Assembly (NCBI GenBank): GCA_963663235.2
Contig: CAXXNO010000004.1
Span: 128,001 to 192,000, forward strand
DNA: 64,000 nucleotides
Source of the DNA: Dehalococcoidia bacterium
GTDB taxonomy: Bacteria; Chloroflexota; Dehalococcoidia; Bin125
Reading direction: 5' to 3'
In this document: positions 1 through 10,387 of the stretch, in pieces
Layout: every line of letters begins with the position of its first letter
Numbering within the stretch: position 1 is the stretch's first letter
Made by a program: the position numbers and the translations under genes
The notes under the pieces: generated by a model
Told to the model about the DNA's origin: nothing
The model's database searches: none
What the model saw: the letters and a program-made list of their open reading frames with translations, nothing else

Positions 1-644
1 GAGACCTGGCCGCCGGCATCGGCATCGAGCCGGATCTCCGCGCCCACCACGTCGGCGGCGTCCGGCGCGTCCGGCGCGGCGGAGCGCAGCAGGCCGGCGC
101 TGGTGGAGAGCGTGACCGCGACGCCGGGCACGGCTTCACGCTCGCTGTCGCGGACCTCGACGATCACGCGCGACGGGACCGCGGCGCTGAGGACGGCGCC
201 GTCGCGGGGGGCATGGAAGCTGATGGCCGCCGGATTGCCGACCAGCGTGACGACGGTGGAGCGCACGCTCTCGCCGACGCGGGCCGTAACCGCCGCGGTC
301 CCCTGCCGCCCGTCACCGACGAGCGTCGCCGTCGCCACGGCTTCGGAGCCGTCGGTTTGCTGCAGAGCCACGCTGATGCGGCTGGGCCCGTTGGGCGTGC
401 CGAACGCGCCCAGGGTGGTCGTGAGCGTGAGCCGAGTCTCCGGCGTGACGTCGCCGCCGACCGTCACCTGGACGGTGCTCTCGCCGCCATCCGCGAGGAT
501 CTTCGTCGGGCTGGCGGTGATCGCCCGGACTGTCGCGGTGCTACCGGCGTGGAGCGGCGGGGACCAAGTTCCGACCGCGCTCAGCGCCACCAACAGCGCA
601 AGCACCAGGAAGAGCGACCGGGAGTGGCGGCTGGCAAAAGTCAT
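1..644 (-). CDS. Secreted Ig-like (invasin/Big-1-like) domain protein, runs off the left edge
   Basis: Read by hand from ATG at 644: MTFASRHSRSLFLVLALLVALSAVGTWSPPLHA (signal peptide), then ITASPTKILADGGESTVQVTV...VIVEVRDSEREAVPGVAVTLSTSAG, a Big-1-like beta-rich pattern. No stop before the window edge. Confidence 0.65.
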   Translation of the reverse strand, partial: MTFASRHSRSLFLVLALLVALSAVGTWSPPLHAGSTATVRAITASPTKILADGGESTVQVTVGGDVTPETRLTLTTTLGAFGTPNGPSRISVALQQTDGSEAVATATLVGDGRQGTAAVTARVGESVRSTVVTLVGNPAAISFHAPRDGAVLSAAVPSRVIVEVRDSEREAVPGVAVTLSTSAGLLRSAAPDAPDAADVVGAEIRLDADAGGQV

Positions 645-745
645 AACGGCCGCCAGATCAAGAGGCGGAGCAGCCGCGCCCCTGCGCAACTGCTCCGCCC
701 CTCTGGGCGAATCCCCCAATGCGGGGGATTCGACGCTGCCTTCTG

Positions 746-1288
746 CTAGCGGACGCTCAAGGACGAGCGCCGCACCGCCGCGACGCCGCCCAGCGCGACG
801 ATCGCCGCGATGGCCAGAGCCAGCGGCAGGGCCGGGAAGCCGCTGCCGGAGGAGTCTGCCAGGCCACCGCTACCGGTGTCCGGCAGGGCCGAGGGCGCAG
901 CCATCGCCATCGACGCCGACTCCAGGTCAAGCGCGACCTCGGTGAGGTCACCGCTCACGATCGGGAAGGGGTCGCTCCTCGAGCCGCCGTCGATGCTGAA
1001 GACCACACTGGACGCCGCGTCCGCGTCCACCTGGATCAGCCAGGTGCCATCGGCGATTGCGCCGGTGCCGACCGCGTCCTCGGTGTCGGCGTTCCAGGCG
1101 GTGACGACCGCGTCGTCCGCCGCCGGCTCGCCGTCCAGGAGGGCGCCGGTGCCGGTTTCCACGCTGCCGAAGAACTGGTGCGGCGGCAAGGGCGGGGCCT
1201 GTGCGAACGCGCTCGTCACGAGCGCCAGCGCCAGCGCGGCGGCGCTCAATGCGACCGCCCAACGCCAGGCTTTGCGAGTTTTGGCCAT
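746..1288 (-). CDS. Secreted protein with LPDTG sortase-type sorting signal
   Basis: ATG 1288 after a GGGAG-like RBS; signal peptide ending AFA-QA; C-terminal LPDTG, hydrophobic helix and RR tail. Confidence 0.8.
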   Translation of the reverse strand: MAKTRKAWRWAVALSAAALALALVTSAFAQAPPLPPHQFFGSVETGTGALLDGEPAADDAVVTAWNADTEDAVGTGAIADGTWLIQVDADAASSVVFSIDGGSRSDPFPIVSGDLTEVALDLESASMAMAAPSALPDTGSGGLADSSGSGFPALPLALAIAAIVALGGVAAVRRSSLSVR

Positions 1289-1328
1289 GAGTAATGGCTC
1301 CCTTTCTGCTTCTTTCTGCTGTTGCGTT

Positions 1329-1363
1329 GTGGGGGACCGCCGCGCTTGACGGCGGCCCCCCAC
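1329..1363 (-). terminator. GC-rich stem-loop between the S-layer-like gene and the LPDTG gene (terminator or mRNA stabiliser)
   Basis: GTGGGGGACCGCCG...CGGCGGCCCCCCAC inverted repeat just after the stop at 1404; no clear U-tract. Confidence 0.4.
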
Positions 1364-1404
1364 CTCTCACGTCCTCCGCGTTCCCGCGGAGGTTCGATCC
1401 TTGC

Positions 1405-1476
1405 TACGCCTCGATGACGATGTCCTGCGCCATCTCGGAGTACGCCTCGATGACGATGTCCTGCGCCATCTCGGAG
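1405..1476. repeat. Perfect 36-bp tandem duplication at the 3' end of the S-layer-like gene
   Basis: TACGCCTCGATGACGATGTCCTGCGCCATCTCGGAG at 1405-1440 and 1441-1476 (SEMAQDIVIEA twice). Confidence 0.95.
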
Positions 1477-1667
1477 ACGACCCACAGGATGGCGCCATCA
1501 TCTATGGCGAAGTCGACGGCGCCGAGCGCCGGGAAGAAGTTCGTGTCCCACTCGTTAATCGACGGGTTGAACAGCCAGGCGATCTTGACGGTGGCGAAGA
1601 CATTCGCGGCCGAGGCCGGGCCGAAGGCCCAGGAGACGAACTGCCCCCCCGCGTTCAGCGAGAGGAC

Positions 1668-1764
1668 GTCGTCACCGTCCACGGCCTCGTCACCGTCCAC
1701 GGCGTCCTCACCGTCCACGGCGTCCTCACCGTCCACGGCGTCGTCACCGTCCACGGCGTCGTCA
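1668..1764. repeat. 18-bp coding tandem repeat, about 5 copies (DGDDAV/DGEDAV linker)
   Basis: GTC(G/C)TCACCGTCCACGGC units with no spacers. Confidence 0.9.
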
Positions 1765-3559
1765 TGCGTCCACGGTTATGTGGTAGATCGCATTCTCCGA
1801 CCCCATGCTGACCACGATCTCCGTGGCCCCCTGGGACAGGCCGAACGCCGTAATCACGGCACGGCCACCAGCCGTGCCGCCGATGGTCTCGACAGGGGCC
1901 GCGAAGCCCGGCAAGGCCACTGGCGGTCCTGAACAGGATCCTCGTACTCGTCGAGATCCAGTGCGTGGCCGTGCCGTCCGCCACCGGGTCGCCGTCGAGG
2001 TCCCAACCGGACGCCGTGTACATAGCCGTCCATGCCGACGTCGATGTTCGCGGGACCGTCCACCGTGACATCCACGACCGGCCCGGCCGTCACGAACTCA
2101 TCCGTGTCGCTCGATCATCGTCGACACGCAGCCATCCGTGCAGGTCGCGGTGATGGTGAAGGTGTCCTTCACCAGCGTGTCGTCATCGAAGTTGATCACG
2201 CCCACGTGCGCGATGCCGCCAGCGTTCCCGGCTCCGAGCTTCGTCATACCCGCACACTTCTCGCCGCCGGCAACGCAACCGCTGCCGCCCGGCCCGGTGG
2301 GCAGACCATTTCCCTTCGGCGCCAGCTTCGCCAGCAACGAAGAGGCTCTGCGACACGCCCGCCGAATTCGTCACGGTGAAACTCAACTTGCGCCGGCCAC
2401 TTCCAGGCCAGCCGCGTCGAGCACGCGGCCCACAACGTAGACCTCATCGTTGGCCGTGCCGCCCATTCCGCCGAATCCTGGCCGAGGACGATGTCCTGCG
2501 GGACGTTCGGAACCCCCGCATCCTGCCGTGGTGCTAAAGGTGTCCACCTCAACGGTGACGCCCTCGCCGACGCAGTTACCGACGATCGTGTTACTGACGA
2601 CAGCGCCGACCCTCGCCGTGATCTCGAAGGGGCCGGCCACGCCGGCACACTCGAACGACACGGAGGCGACACCCTGCCCTCAGGCTCGGCCGCATTACTT
2701 CGCCGTCGTTAACGTCTCCGTGTTCCCGACGCAGGACTGCAGGGCCGCACACACCATTGGCGCAGCCGTCGCTCCCGCTCCGTTGCCGCGTCGGCGGCGG
2801 AATAGGCCAGCACCATTGAGGACCGCAGAGTTCACGACGTTAGCGGTGCCAAGAGTGTCCTGGAAGAGGCCCTGACCTATGACTTGGAACGTCGTCGGGG
2901 TTCCCGGGGCCGGTTCGCCATGGTGTCCCGCACGATCGCGCTCAAGACGATCTGATCGCCTGGCGCCGCAGCAGCTGTGAGCGGCAGGTTCACCAACGAG
3001 GGCGAGTCCGCCGCCTTCGGGTCTGCGGCTCGGCCCGGGTCAGGCCTCAGCGGTACCATTCGCCGCGACGAGCTTGAATGCTGGAGACCACCGCAATCTG
3101 CGTGTAGGCCACCTGGATCGGACTGGAATCTGCGCCCGGTCCGCCCTGGGTGATGTTGACCACGACGTTACCCGCGGTGCCTGTACCCGTCAGACCGACA
3201 GTAGTAGCTTCAGTTTACCTACTCCGCATCCTTCATCGATGTCACAGAGTGCCTCGTCATTGAAACAGATGAGGGACTGGCCGGCGTTGGCGGTGAACTG
3301 CGCCGAGCCTGTGCTGACCTCGTCGATGCTGGACACGTAGAAGGTCGTGCCATCGGCGTCGGGACGTATTCCCCATGATTTTCAATTCCGTGGCACCGTT
3401 GGCCGAGATATCGTCCGGCTCGAAACTCGCCGTGTGATCGGCCTCTGCCTGCCGGAACGGCAGCGCGGCAAACGCCACCGCGGCAAGCAGGGCCAACGCC
3501 AGCGCTACCAAGAGATAGTGCGGGCTAATTGTCAGAGCCCGCATCTGTGTTCTGCTCAT

Positions 3560-3782
3560 TAATCTATGTCTCCATCTTCTCTTTCAGGAGTTTGAGAACG
3601 CTCCGTTTACCTGTTCGTTCGCTCGCTCGCGTCCTTCTCTTCCCCCTTCGCTTCCGCAAAGGTGGCGCGCGAAGGACTAGGGCCTCCTCTCCGTGCCGTT
3701 TCTCACCCGCGAAGGGTGAAGGATCGAATCCGCCTGACTAAGAGTCCTGGCCAACGGTAGAAGGGGGCGGAGAGTGAGGCAA
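3560..3782 (-). promoter_or_regulatory. Putative sigma70 promoter and about 190-nt structured 5' leader of the S-layer-like gene
   Basis: Minus strand TTGCCT-17 nt-TACCGT (3782-3754); hairpin CACCC-TTCGC-GGGTG and complementary AGGACT/AGTCCT in the leader; GGAG RBS before ATG 3559. Confidence 0.4.
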
Positions 3783-3987
3783 TCACCTCCCGGCCGGTTT
3801 TACGGAGGCTTAACCAGATAGGCGAGGCATGTTATGTTATGCGCCCCACCCCACCAGACGAGGCGTCCGGGGCGGTCTTCTCAAGGCCCCGGGGGCGGAG
3901 GACCCATGGTACGCGCCCACAAGATGGACGCGGAGAATCCGGCGCTGATGGGAGCAGGGGATCAAGTAATTGAGCAAAGAGCCGAAC

Positions 3988-4902
3988 TCACTCTCCGCCC
4001 CCCTCTGCATCATCAGGCGATGCGGAGGGGGAGGCGGGGGCTGCGGGGTCGAACGCGGCGACCCGCGCCGCCAGACTCCGCACCAGCGCCTCGATGTCCA
4101 CGGCCTCGGGCGCCGGCACCTCCGCCCCGGCGTGCGCGAGCTCGCTGCGGGCGCTGAAAAAGACGCTGCCACCCACGCGCACCCAGATGACCGTCGTGTC
4201 CCGCGCCTCCGCCGGGCTCTGGCCCCTCACCTGGTGGCGGATGCGGTAGGCGAGCGATTCGTCGCCCAGCCCGGGGTCCGCCAACCGTTGGAACGCCTCC
4301 AGCTCCAGGTTGGCGTCGGTGATCGAGAGGATCTGCGCGCCGTCGGCTCGGCGGAGGCTCTCGAAGGCCGCGGCGGCCAGCTGCGCGTCGGCGGCCGGGT
4401 AGAGGGAGGTCGAGGCGAAGCCCGCCTCCACGCCTTCCCCTTCGCGCCAGCCCTGTAGCGCCAGCAGGCCGGGGACCTGCATGTAGTCGCTCCAGGCGTC
4501 GAAGTGCGGGTCGCGACTCACGAAGAGGAGCCCTAAAAAGGTGTGACTCCCCGCGGCCGCCGCCGACGGGGGGATCAGGCCCGGCTCCGGCTCCACCAGG
4601 GCGCCCAGCGCCCGCTCCAGGGGGTGCTCGTCCAGCGGCGAGGCGCCTGGTACGCCCGCACCGCCGTGGGGATGCGCTACCCCGTCCAGGTGCAGATGGA
4701 CGAACTGCCGCGCCTCCGGCGCGTCGTCGTCGTCGCCGCCCGCCGTCAGCACGGCCACGACAATAACGATCACGGCCCCGACCGGCAGCACCACCAGGTA
4801 GGGGAGCCAGTGGGCCCGCAAAAAGCGGAGCGGATGCCAGCGCGCTCGCACGCCGTGCCGGAGCGATGCGCGGCGCAACGAGCGAGTTTTGGGGCGCGCC
4901 AT
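3988..4902 (-). CDS. Hypothetical membrane-anchored extracellular protein
   Basis: 304-aa ORF with a basic N-terminus, one TM helix (YLVVLPVGAVIVIVVAVLT) and a globular C-terminus; weak resemblance to the lipoprotein at 22829 (DPGLGDES..YR versus DPRMGERAVRY). Confidence 0.7.
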   Translation of the reverse strand: MARPKTRSLRRASLRHGVRARWHPLRFLRAHWLPYLVVLPVGAVIVIVVAVLTAGGDDDDAPEARQFVHLHLDGVAHPHGGAGVPGASPLDEHPLERALGALVEPEPGLIPPSAAAAGSHTFLGLLFVSRDPHFDAWSDYMQVPGLLALQGWREGEGVEAGFASTSLYPAADAQLAAAAFESLRRADGAQILSITDANLELEAFQRLADPGLGDESLAYRIRHQVRGQSPAEARDTTVIWVRVGGSVFFSARSELAHAGAEVPAPEAVDIEALVRSLAARVAAFDPAAPASPSASPDDAEGGGE

Positions 4903-5004
4903 TGCGCGCAGGATAGCGCACGCCCGCCTCTGCCTGCAGCGGCCCGCTCCGAGCGGCCGGCGAATTCCGCCGCCCCACGCTCCCTGCGACGGCAGCAGTT
5001 CTCG

Positions 5005-5870
5005 CTATGGGAGCGGCGGCGGCCAGATCACGGTGCGGCTGACCCGCACCCAGACGCCGTCGCCGTCGTTGAGCGTCCTCAGCGTGTTGAGGATGGCGAG
5101 ATCGCCGGGGCCGTAGCGGAGGAAGGCTTGCGCCTGGGCCTCCCACGTGAACATGGCGATCAGCGCCGTGCCCAGGTCGGCCGCGGCTTCCGCCACCACT
5201 GTGCCGTCGGGCCCGGTCCAGGCGACCAGGTTCCAGCCCCGCAGGCGCGTCACCTCGCGCACGACGGCCGGAGGCGGCACGGGCTCCGCCGGCGGGTCGC
5301 CGCTGACGACCACATTGTCGACGCGCGCCTCGTGGGTCCCCAGCGTGGTGTTGCCGGTGAAGCGGATCTCGATCAGCCCGCCCTCCGCGCCGGGCAGCAG
5401 CGCGTCAACCGTGTTGGCTGCAGGTCCGGTGGTCAGGTTGAGGGCCAACTCGTGCACCTGCACCGTGCTCCAGGTCCCCCCTCTCAGACGCCACTCGACG
5501 ACGAGCGAGCCAGGGTCGATGTTCCCGGCTGCGGTGCTCTGCCCCCAGGTGGACTCCAGGTGGACGTTCTGCAGGCCGCCCGTGTTGACCTCGCGGGACG
5601 CGCGCCCGCCCGTGACCAGCCGCAAGGAGCCGTCTCCGGCGCCTGTGAGCCGGATCGAGGCGTCACCAACCGCGCAACAGGGTCGAATTCCGCCCAGCCC
5701 GGTACGTCCCCACTGGAGGTCGTCCCGAAGTTGTCACTGAAGCGGATCTCCGCTTGGGTCGCTTCGGCGCCCCCGGCCTAGGGGCCAACGATTGCCACGC
5801 CCAGGGCACCCATCGGCCCGAGCGTCATCGTGCCGGCCAAGACCCAAATTCGGGACGGTCGTCCAGGCAT
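5005..5870 (-). pseudogene. Secreted protein with C-terminal GWNLVAWTGP domain; in-frame TAG and one frameshift
   Basis: ATG 5870 after GAGGGTGA; MPGRPSRIWVLAG...VGP*AGGAEATQAEIRFSDNFG (TAG at 5780-5778); frameshift near 5680 into the 5005..5625 frame. Confidence 0.6.
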
Positions 5871-6149
5871 TCTCACCCTCCGTAGTCCGTAGCGTTGCTC
5901 GATGACGCGTTGCTCGATGAGTAGTCGGTGTGCAGCCATACTTCGCGCGGGATAGGAGATTCTGACACAGACGATCGGAGCGAGGGCTCCCAGCGGGCGT
6001 GAACCGCCGGCAGGCGCGACGCGCTTGAGTCACGGCCATCGATCCGGGAACGACGCGAGCGTATAACGCCGGCATCAATAGACGCTGTACTCGGCGAGCG
6101 AAGTGAGCCTAACATAAGCGTGGTCGACGGGAAGAGACGGAAAACCGAC

Positions 6150-6675
6150 GTGACCACCGATCGAAATCTCGTGGCGAATCGTCGCAACGCGCTCCGCAGC
6201 ACCGGCCCGCGCACGGCGGAAGGCAAGCGGCGCGCCAGCCAGAACGCGCGCACGCATGGGCTCCTCGCGAGGACGCTCGTCGTGGACGGTGAGGACGCTG
6301 CCGCACTCGATGCCTTGGCAGGCAGCATACGGGACGCTCTCCTGCCGGAGGGCGAGCTCGAGGCGGCCCTGGTCGACCGGATCGTAGCCGCGCTCTGGCG
6401 GCTGCGGCGCTGCGGGCACGTCGAGACCGCGATCTTCGCACAGGATCTGGAGTGGATCACCGCGACCTCGCGGGAAACTGGACCTGGGCCTCCCCTTCAT
6501 CCGCGCCTCCGACGCGTTTTCCAAGCTGTCGCGATACGAGACGGCGATCGAACGAACTCTCTACCGGGCACTGCATGAGCTGGAGCGGCTGCAGGAAAAG
6601 CGCAAGGGGTTGGCCGTGCCGCCGCCGCTGGCCCGTGACGTCACGATCCGTGGGGAAACAGCCACAGGGTCGTGA
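6150..6675 (+). pseudogene. Uncharacterised 'ANRRNA..STGPRT.EGK..S..NA..HGL' family protein, frameshifted near 6475
   Basis: N-terminal motif in the 6120 ORF frame; the C-terminal part (FSKLSRYETAIERTLYRALHELERLQEKRKG..VPPPLARDV) is in another frame ending TGA 6675. Confidence 0.7.
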
Positions 6676-6855
6676 CCCCGGCGCGCCCCTGCCGCACGTC
6701 CGGCGCGCTCGTTCGGACGCCGCCGGCGCGCGATGGCCGCGGCCCCACGCCTCGCCCAATCGTCCAATCCCGAGGGCGCTCCCGATCCATGGCTTGATCG
6801 GCCAGGACGGCGGGAGCCGGGAAGAGACAGCGGGCCGATCCACTGCTCTTCCTGG

Positions 6856-7572
6856 ATGAGCCAAGCGAACCGGTCTCCCTTGACCACTCCGGCGACGCCT
6901 CCGATTGCTGCGCGAACGCGCGCAGCTCAATCAGTGGGAGGTCGCCAGGGAACTGGGCCGAACGGATACCCAGTTGAACCACATCGAAAACGGGCGGGGT
7001 GTCCCGGATGATCCCGATGAGTTTGGGCGGAATGACGGGATCGCCGTCGCGCGTTCGCTCATAGGGAAGACGGATGAATTGCAGGCCCTGCTTGGGGAAA
7101 TGGGGCGTCTCTCAAGTCGGGAGGCAGGCGAGCTGTCCCTGGCGCCTCGGCATCGTCGCGGCACGGGATTACGTATTACGCAACGGGGCATGCCCGCAGC
7201 TCGCGTCGACGAGGGCATCGAAGGAATCACCCGAACGATCGAGGGCTCGGGACAGTCGGCACGATGAACCAAGCGGAGGGATGCAGGGAAGAACACCTAC
7301 CGAATCGTCATTGACTTCCTGGAGGAGGCAGAGGGATCCTCACGGGCGACCACGTGATCAGGTCCGCTTCGGCCACCGGTTCCAGAGATGGACGTGGTCA
7401 TCGACTCTCCGAAACGCCGCCGGCCCTTCCCCCGAGCGGAGATCGTAGACCGTGGCCGCCCGTCGGCCCCGCAACCACTGGCGACGGTGCCTTCGCCCGG
7501 CGACCCTGCTTCGCCGAGCAAGCCTGCTCGGCGGGACGGACGCGATCGACGCCCAGCGCTGCGATCCAGATG
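6856..7572 (+). pseudogene. XRE-family HTH regulator, fragmented
   Basis: RRLRLLRERAQLNQWEVARELGRTDTQLNHIENG HTH_XRE pattern; the start and the downstream part lie in other frames. Confidence 0.5.
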
Positions 7573-8020
7573 AACGGGACGCTCGCTCGCATCACTCCTC
7601 CTCACCGCGGTGCGCTCCGCCTCTTGGAAGCGTGCCGTCCGGCGGGCGTACCGATCCCGCAGGCCGGGACCGGACGAGCCGGCGCCGGTCATCGGTAGGA
7701 CAAAACTTACGAAACGAACCCCATGCTGTCTGGGATTCGTCCGCCGGATCCCGCGGCAGCGGGCGGTAGCGCGCCCGCGATTCTCCCGTATCGTTGGCGA
7801 CGATTCGCCGAACGAGGCCGCCGGATATGCGATGGAGCCCCCCAGGTGGCCGATTCCGCCGCCACGCCCGTATCGGCCGGGTCTGCCCCGGCGCCGCCCG
7901 TCCCCCCACGAGGGACAAGCGCTCTCCCGACACAGCCTCGGTGCGCCGTGGCTGGCGGCGCGGGCGCGTCCCAACCACGCCTTCTCCCAGCAGGAGGACA
8001 ATCGCGCGGGCGGCGCCGAG

Positions 8021-8893
8021 TCAGGCCCGCGGGTACTCGTAGACGCCGCGGCCACTCTTGCGACCGAGCCAGCCGGCCTCGACGTAGCGCCGCACGATAG
8101 TCGGCGGGACCAGACGCGGGTCGCGCAGCTCGTCGTACATGCTCTCCGCCACGTCGATGAGCACGTCGAGGCCGATGAGGTCGGCGGTGGCCAGCGGTCC
8201 CATGGCGTGGCTGAAGCCCAGGTGGCAGGCGTTATCGATGTCTTCCGCCGTGGCCACGCCGGACTCGAGCAAGCGGAGCGCGTCCAGCACGAAGGGGACC
8301 AGCAGGCGGTTGGAGATAAAGCCGGGCGTGTCCTTGGCGCGCACGGGCGTCTTCTCCAGGCTGCGCACGAACCTCTCGGCCAATTCCACGGCGTCGGGGT
8401 CGGCGGTGTAGGGCACGACGATCTCCACCAGGGGCAGCACCGGCGCCGGATTGAAGAAGTGCAGGCCCAATACCCGCTGGGGCGTCTGCGTCGCGCCGGC
8501 CAGGTTCTGGAGGGAGAGCGAGGACGTATTGCTGGCCAGCAGCCGCGCCGCGGGGCAAGCCTTATCCAGCTCCTCAAAGATGCGGCGCTTGAGATCGAGG
8601 CGCTCGCTGGCCGCCTCGATCACGACGTCGGCGTGAGCCAGGTCGCCTAGATCCGTGCTGCCGCGCAGACGGGCGAGGGCGGCGTCGCGGTCGGCGGCGC
8701 CCATGCGGTCACGCTGCACCAGCCGCTCCAGCCCGCGCGTGGCCGAGGCGATTCCCTTCTGGATCAGCGCGTCGTCGACATCCCGCAGCACCACGGCGTA
8801 GCCGCGCTGCACCGCGACCTGCGCGATTCCGGCGCCCATGGTCCCGGCGCCGACGACGGCGACCGTCTTGATCTCGGATAGCGCTGCGCTCAT
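8021..8893 (-). CDS. hbd: 3-hydroxybutyryl-CoA (3-hydroxyacyl-CoA) dehydrogenase
   Basis: VVGAGTMGAGIAQ Rossmann motif, LASNTSSL, GLHFFNPAP, DTPGFISNRL, GWLGRKSGRG. Confidence 0.92.
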   Translation of the reverse strand: MSAALSEIKTVAVVGAGTMGAGIAQVAVQRGYAVVLRDVDDALIQKGIASATRGLERLVQRDRMGAADRDAALARLRGSTDLGDLAHADVVIEAASERLDLKRRIFEELDKACPAARLLASNTSSLSLQNLAGATQTPQRVLGLHFFNPAPVLPLVEIVVPYTADPDAVELAERFVRSLEKTPVRAKDTPGFISNRLLVPFVLDALRLLESGVATAEDIDNACHLGFSHAMGPLATADLIGLDVLIDVAESMYDELRDPRLVPPTIVRRYVEAGWLGRKSGRGVYEYPRA

Positions 8894-8926
8894 GTCGTCC
8901 TCGCTCTCGTGCGGGAGGCGGCGGCT

Positions 8927-10330
8927 TCAGGAAGCGGGCTCGCCCACCCCCTCCGGGATCGTGACCTCCGGATGCTGCGCCAGCGCGTCCCAGATAATCG
9001 CGCGGATGGCATCGTAGCGGTCGCGGCTCTGGGCCTCGATACGGACGGAGAGCACCGGGCCGGTGTTGGAGGCGCGCACCAGCGCCCAACCGTCGTCGAA
9101 GTCTATGCGCGCGCCGTCGATCTCCATGACGGAATAGAGGTCGCGGAAGTGCGCCGTGATCTCCGCGGCCACGCGAAACTTGGCCCGATCCGGGCAGGGC
9201 AGCTTCAGTTCCGGCGAGGTCACAAACGCGCGCAGCCCCTGGAAATGCGCCGAGAGGGGCTGGTCATCGGCCGCGAGCATGCGAGCGAACAGGCAGGCGG
9301 CGAAGACCGCGTCGTCGAGGCCGTAGTAGTCCTCGGCAAAGTAGTAGTGCGCGCTGCCTTCCCCCCCGAGGAGGATCCCCTCGTCGCGCATCTTGCGCTT
9401 CCCGAGGGAGTGCCCCGTTGGGGCGAAGACGGGAACGCCGCCCCGCGAGCGGATGTCGTCGACCGCGGTGAGCGAGGTCTTGACGTCCACCAGCACGCGC
9501 TCGCCGGGACGCCGCGCGAGCAGATCACGGGCCAGCACCGCCAGGATCTCGTCCGCCTGGTAGCGGACGCCGCGCTCGTTTACTAAGCCGAAGCGATCGC
9601 CGTCGCCGTCCCAGGCGACGCCGAGGTCGGCGCCATGTTGGAGCACGGCCGCGCGGAGCGCCGTCATCGTTTCCGCCACCTGGGGATCGGGCAGGTGATG
9701 GGGGAAGGTGCCGTCCAACTCGGCAAAGAGCTCGACCACGTCACAGCCGATGCGTCGCAACGCCTCCGGGCCCGTCAGGGTCGCGACGGCGTTGCCGGCG
9801 TCCGTGACCACTTTGATGCGCCGGGGCAAGGCAAAGCGTCGCGTGAGGAGATCCCAATACTCCGGCTTGGCGTCGCGCTCGCTGAGGGCGCCCCGGCCGC
9901 CCTCGAAATCGTCGCCCTGGGCGATCTCGCGCACCCGCTGGATCTCATCGGGGGCCAGGGGAATGCCGCGTCGCTCCAGCAGCTTCATGCCGTTCATATG
10001 GGTCGGATTGTGGCTGCCGGTCACGCTGACGCCGCCATCGAGGCCCCAGTGCGCGGCGGCGAAATAGAGCAGGGGCGAAGGCGCCAGCCCGATATCGACG
10101 ACCGAAACGCCCGCGGCGCGCACACCCTCGACGAAGCCATCGCGCAGCGCCACCGAGGAAGGACGGTTGTCCCGCCCGGCGACGATCTCATGCACATCGT
10201 ACTGGCGAACGAGGTAGGTGCCGTAGGCGCGGCCGATGCGCTCCGCCACCGCCGGTGTCAGATCGTCGCCCACTGTGCCGCGAATGTCGTAGGCACGGAA
10301 CATCAAAGGGTTCAAAGTGATCGGTGGCAT
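8927..10330 (-). CDS. Phosphomannomutase/phosphoglucomutase (paralog 1)
   Basis: FRAYDIRG, TGSHNP phosphoserine loop, DGDGDR metal loop, LVRASNT. Confidence 0.93.
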   Translation of the reverse strand: MPPITLNPLMFRAYDIRGTVGDDLTPAVAERIGRAYGTYLVRQYDVHEIVAGRDNRPSSVALRDGFVEGVRAAGVSVVDIGLAPSPLLYFAAAHWGLDGGVSVTGSHNPTHMNGMKLLERRGIPLAPDEIQRVREIAQGDDFEGGRGALSERDAKPEYWDLLTRRFALPRRIKVVTDAGNAVATLTGPEALRRIGCDVVELFAELDGTFPHHLPDPQVAETMTALRAAVLQHGADLGVAWDGDGDRFGLVNERGVRYQADEILAVLARDLLARRPGERVLVDVKTSLTAVDDIRSRGGVPVFAPTGHSLGKRKMRDEGILLGGEGSAHYYFAEDYYGLDDAVFAACLFARMLAADDQPLSAHFQGLRAFVTSPELKLPCPDRAKFRVAAEITAHFRDLYSVMEIDGARIDFDDGWALVRASNTGPVLSVRIEAQSRDRYDAIRAIIWDALAQHPEVTIPEGVGEPAS

Positions 10331-10387
10331 TGGCGTCCGTGATTGCGCGATTGGATCGAAGTCCGTGACGCCCGACCCGCTGCGATT

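Larger units (their letters stand above)
1404..3559 (-). pseudogene. Large secreted surface-layer-like / Ig-fold protein, broken by many frameshifts
   Basis: Signal-peptide start at 3559 (MSRTQMRAL...ALALLAAVAFAALP..AEA). Successive short T/V/D/G-rich frames (TFYVSSIDEVSTGSAQFTANAGQSLIC; GDQIVLSAIVRD; GPFEITARVGAVVSNT; VYVVGRVLDAAG), an acidic DGDDAV linker and a C-terminal GGQFVSWAFGP domain ending at 1404. Confidence 0.6.

Noticed and set aside
1405-1476. Template/variable repeat pair of a diversity-generating retroelement
   Set aside because: The copies are identical, adjacent and short; no adenine-specific differences and no reverse transcriptase.
1668-1764. 18-bp repeats as a CRISPR array
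   Set aside because: No unique spacers; the units are in-frame codons for a DGDDAV linker; no cas genes.
5778-5780. In-frame TAG as pyrrolysine or stop-codon recoding
   Set aside because: TAG is the normal stop of many genes here, the same gene also has a frameshift, and no pyl genes are present.
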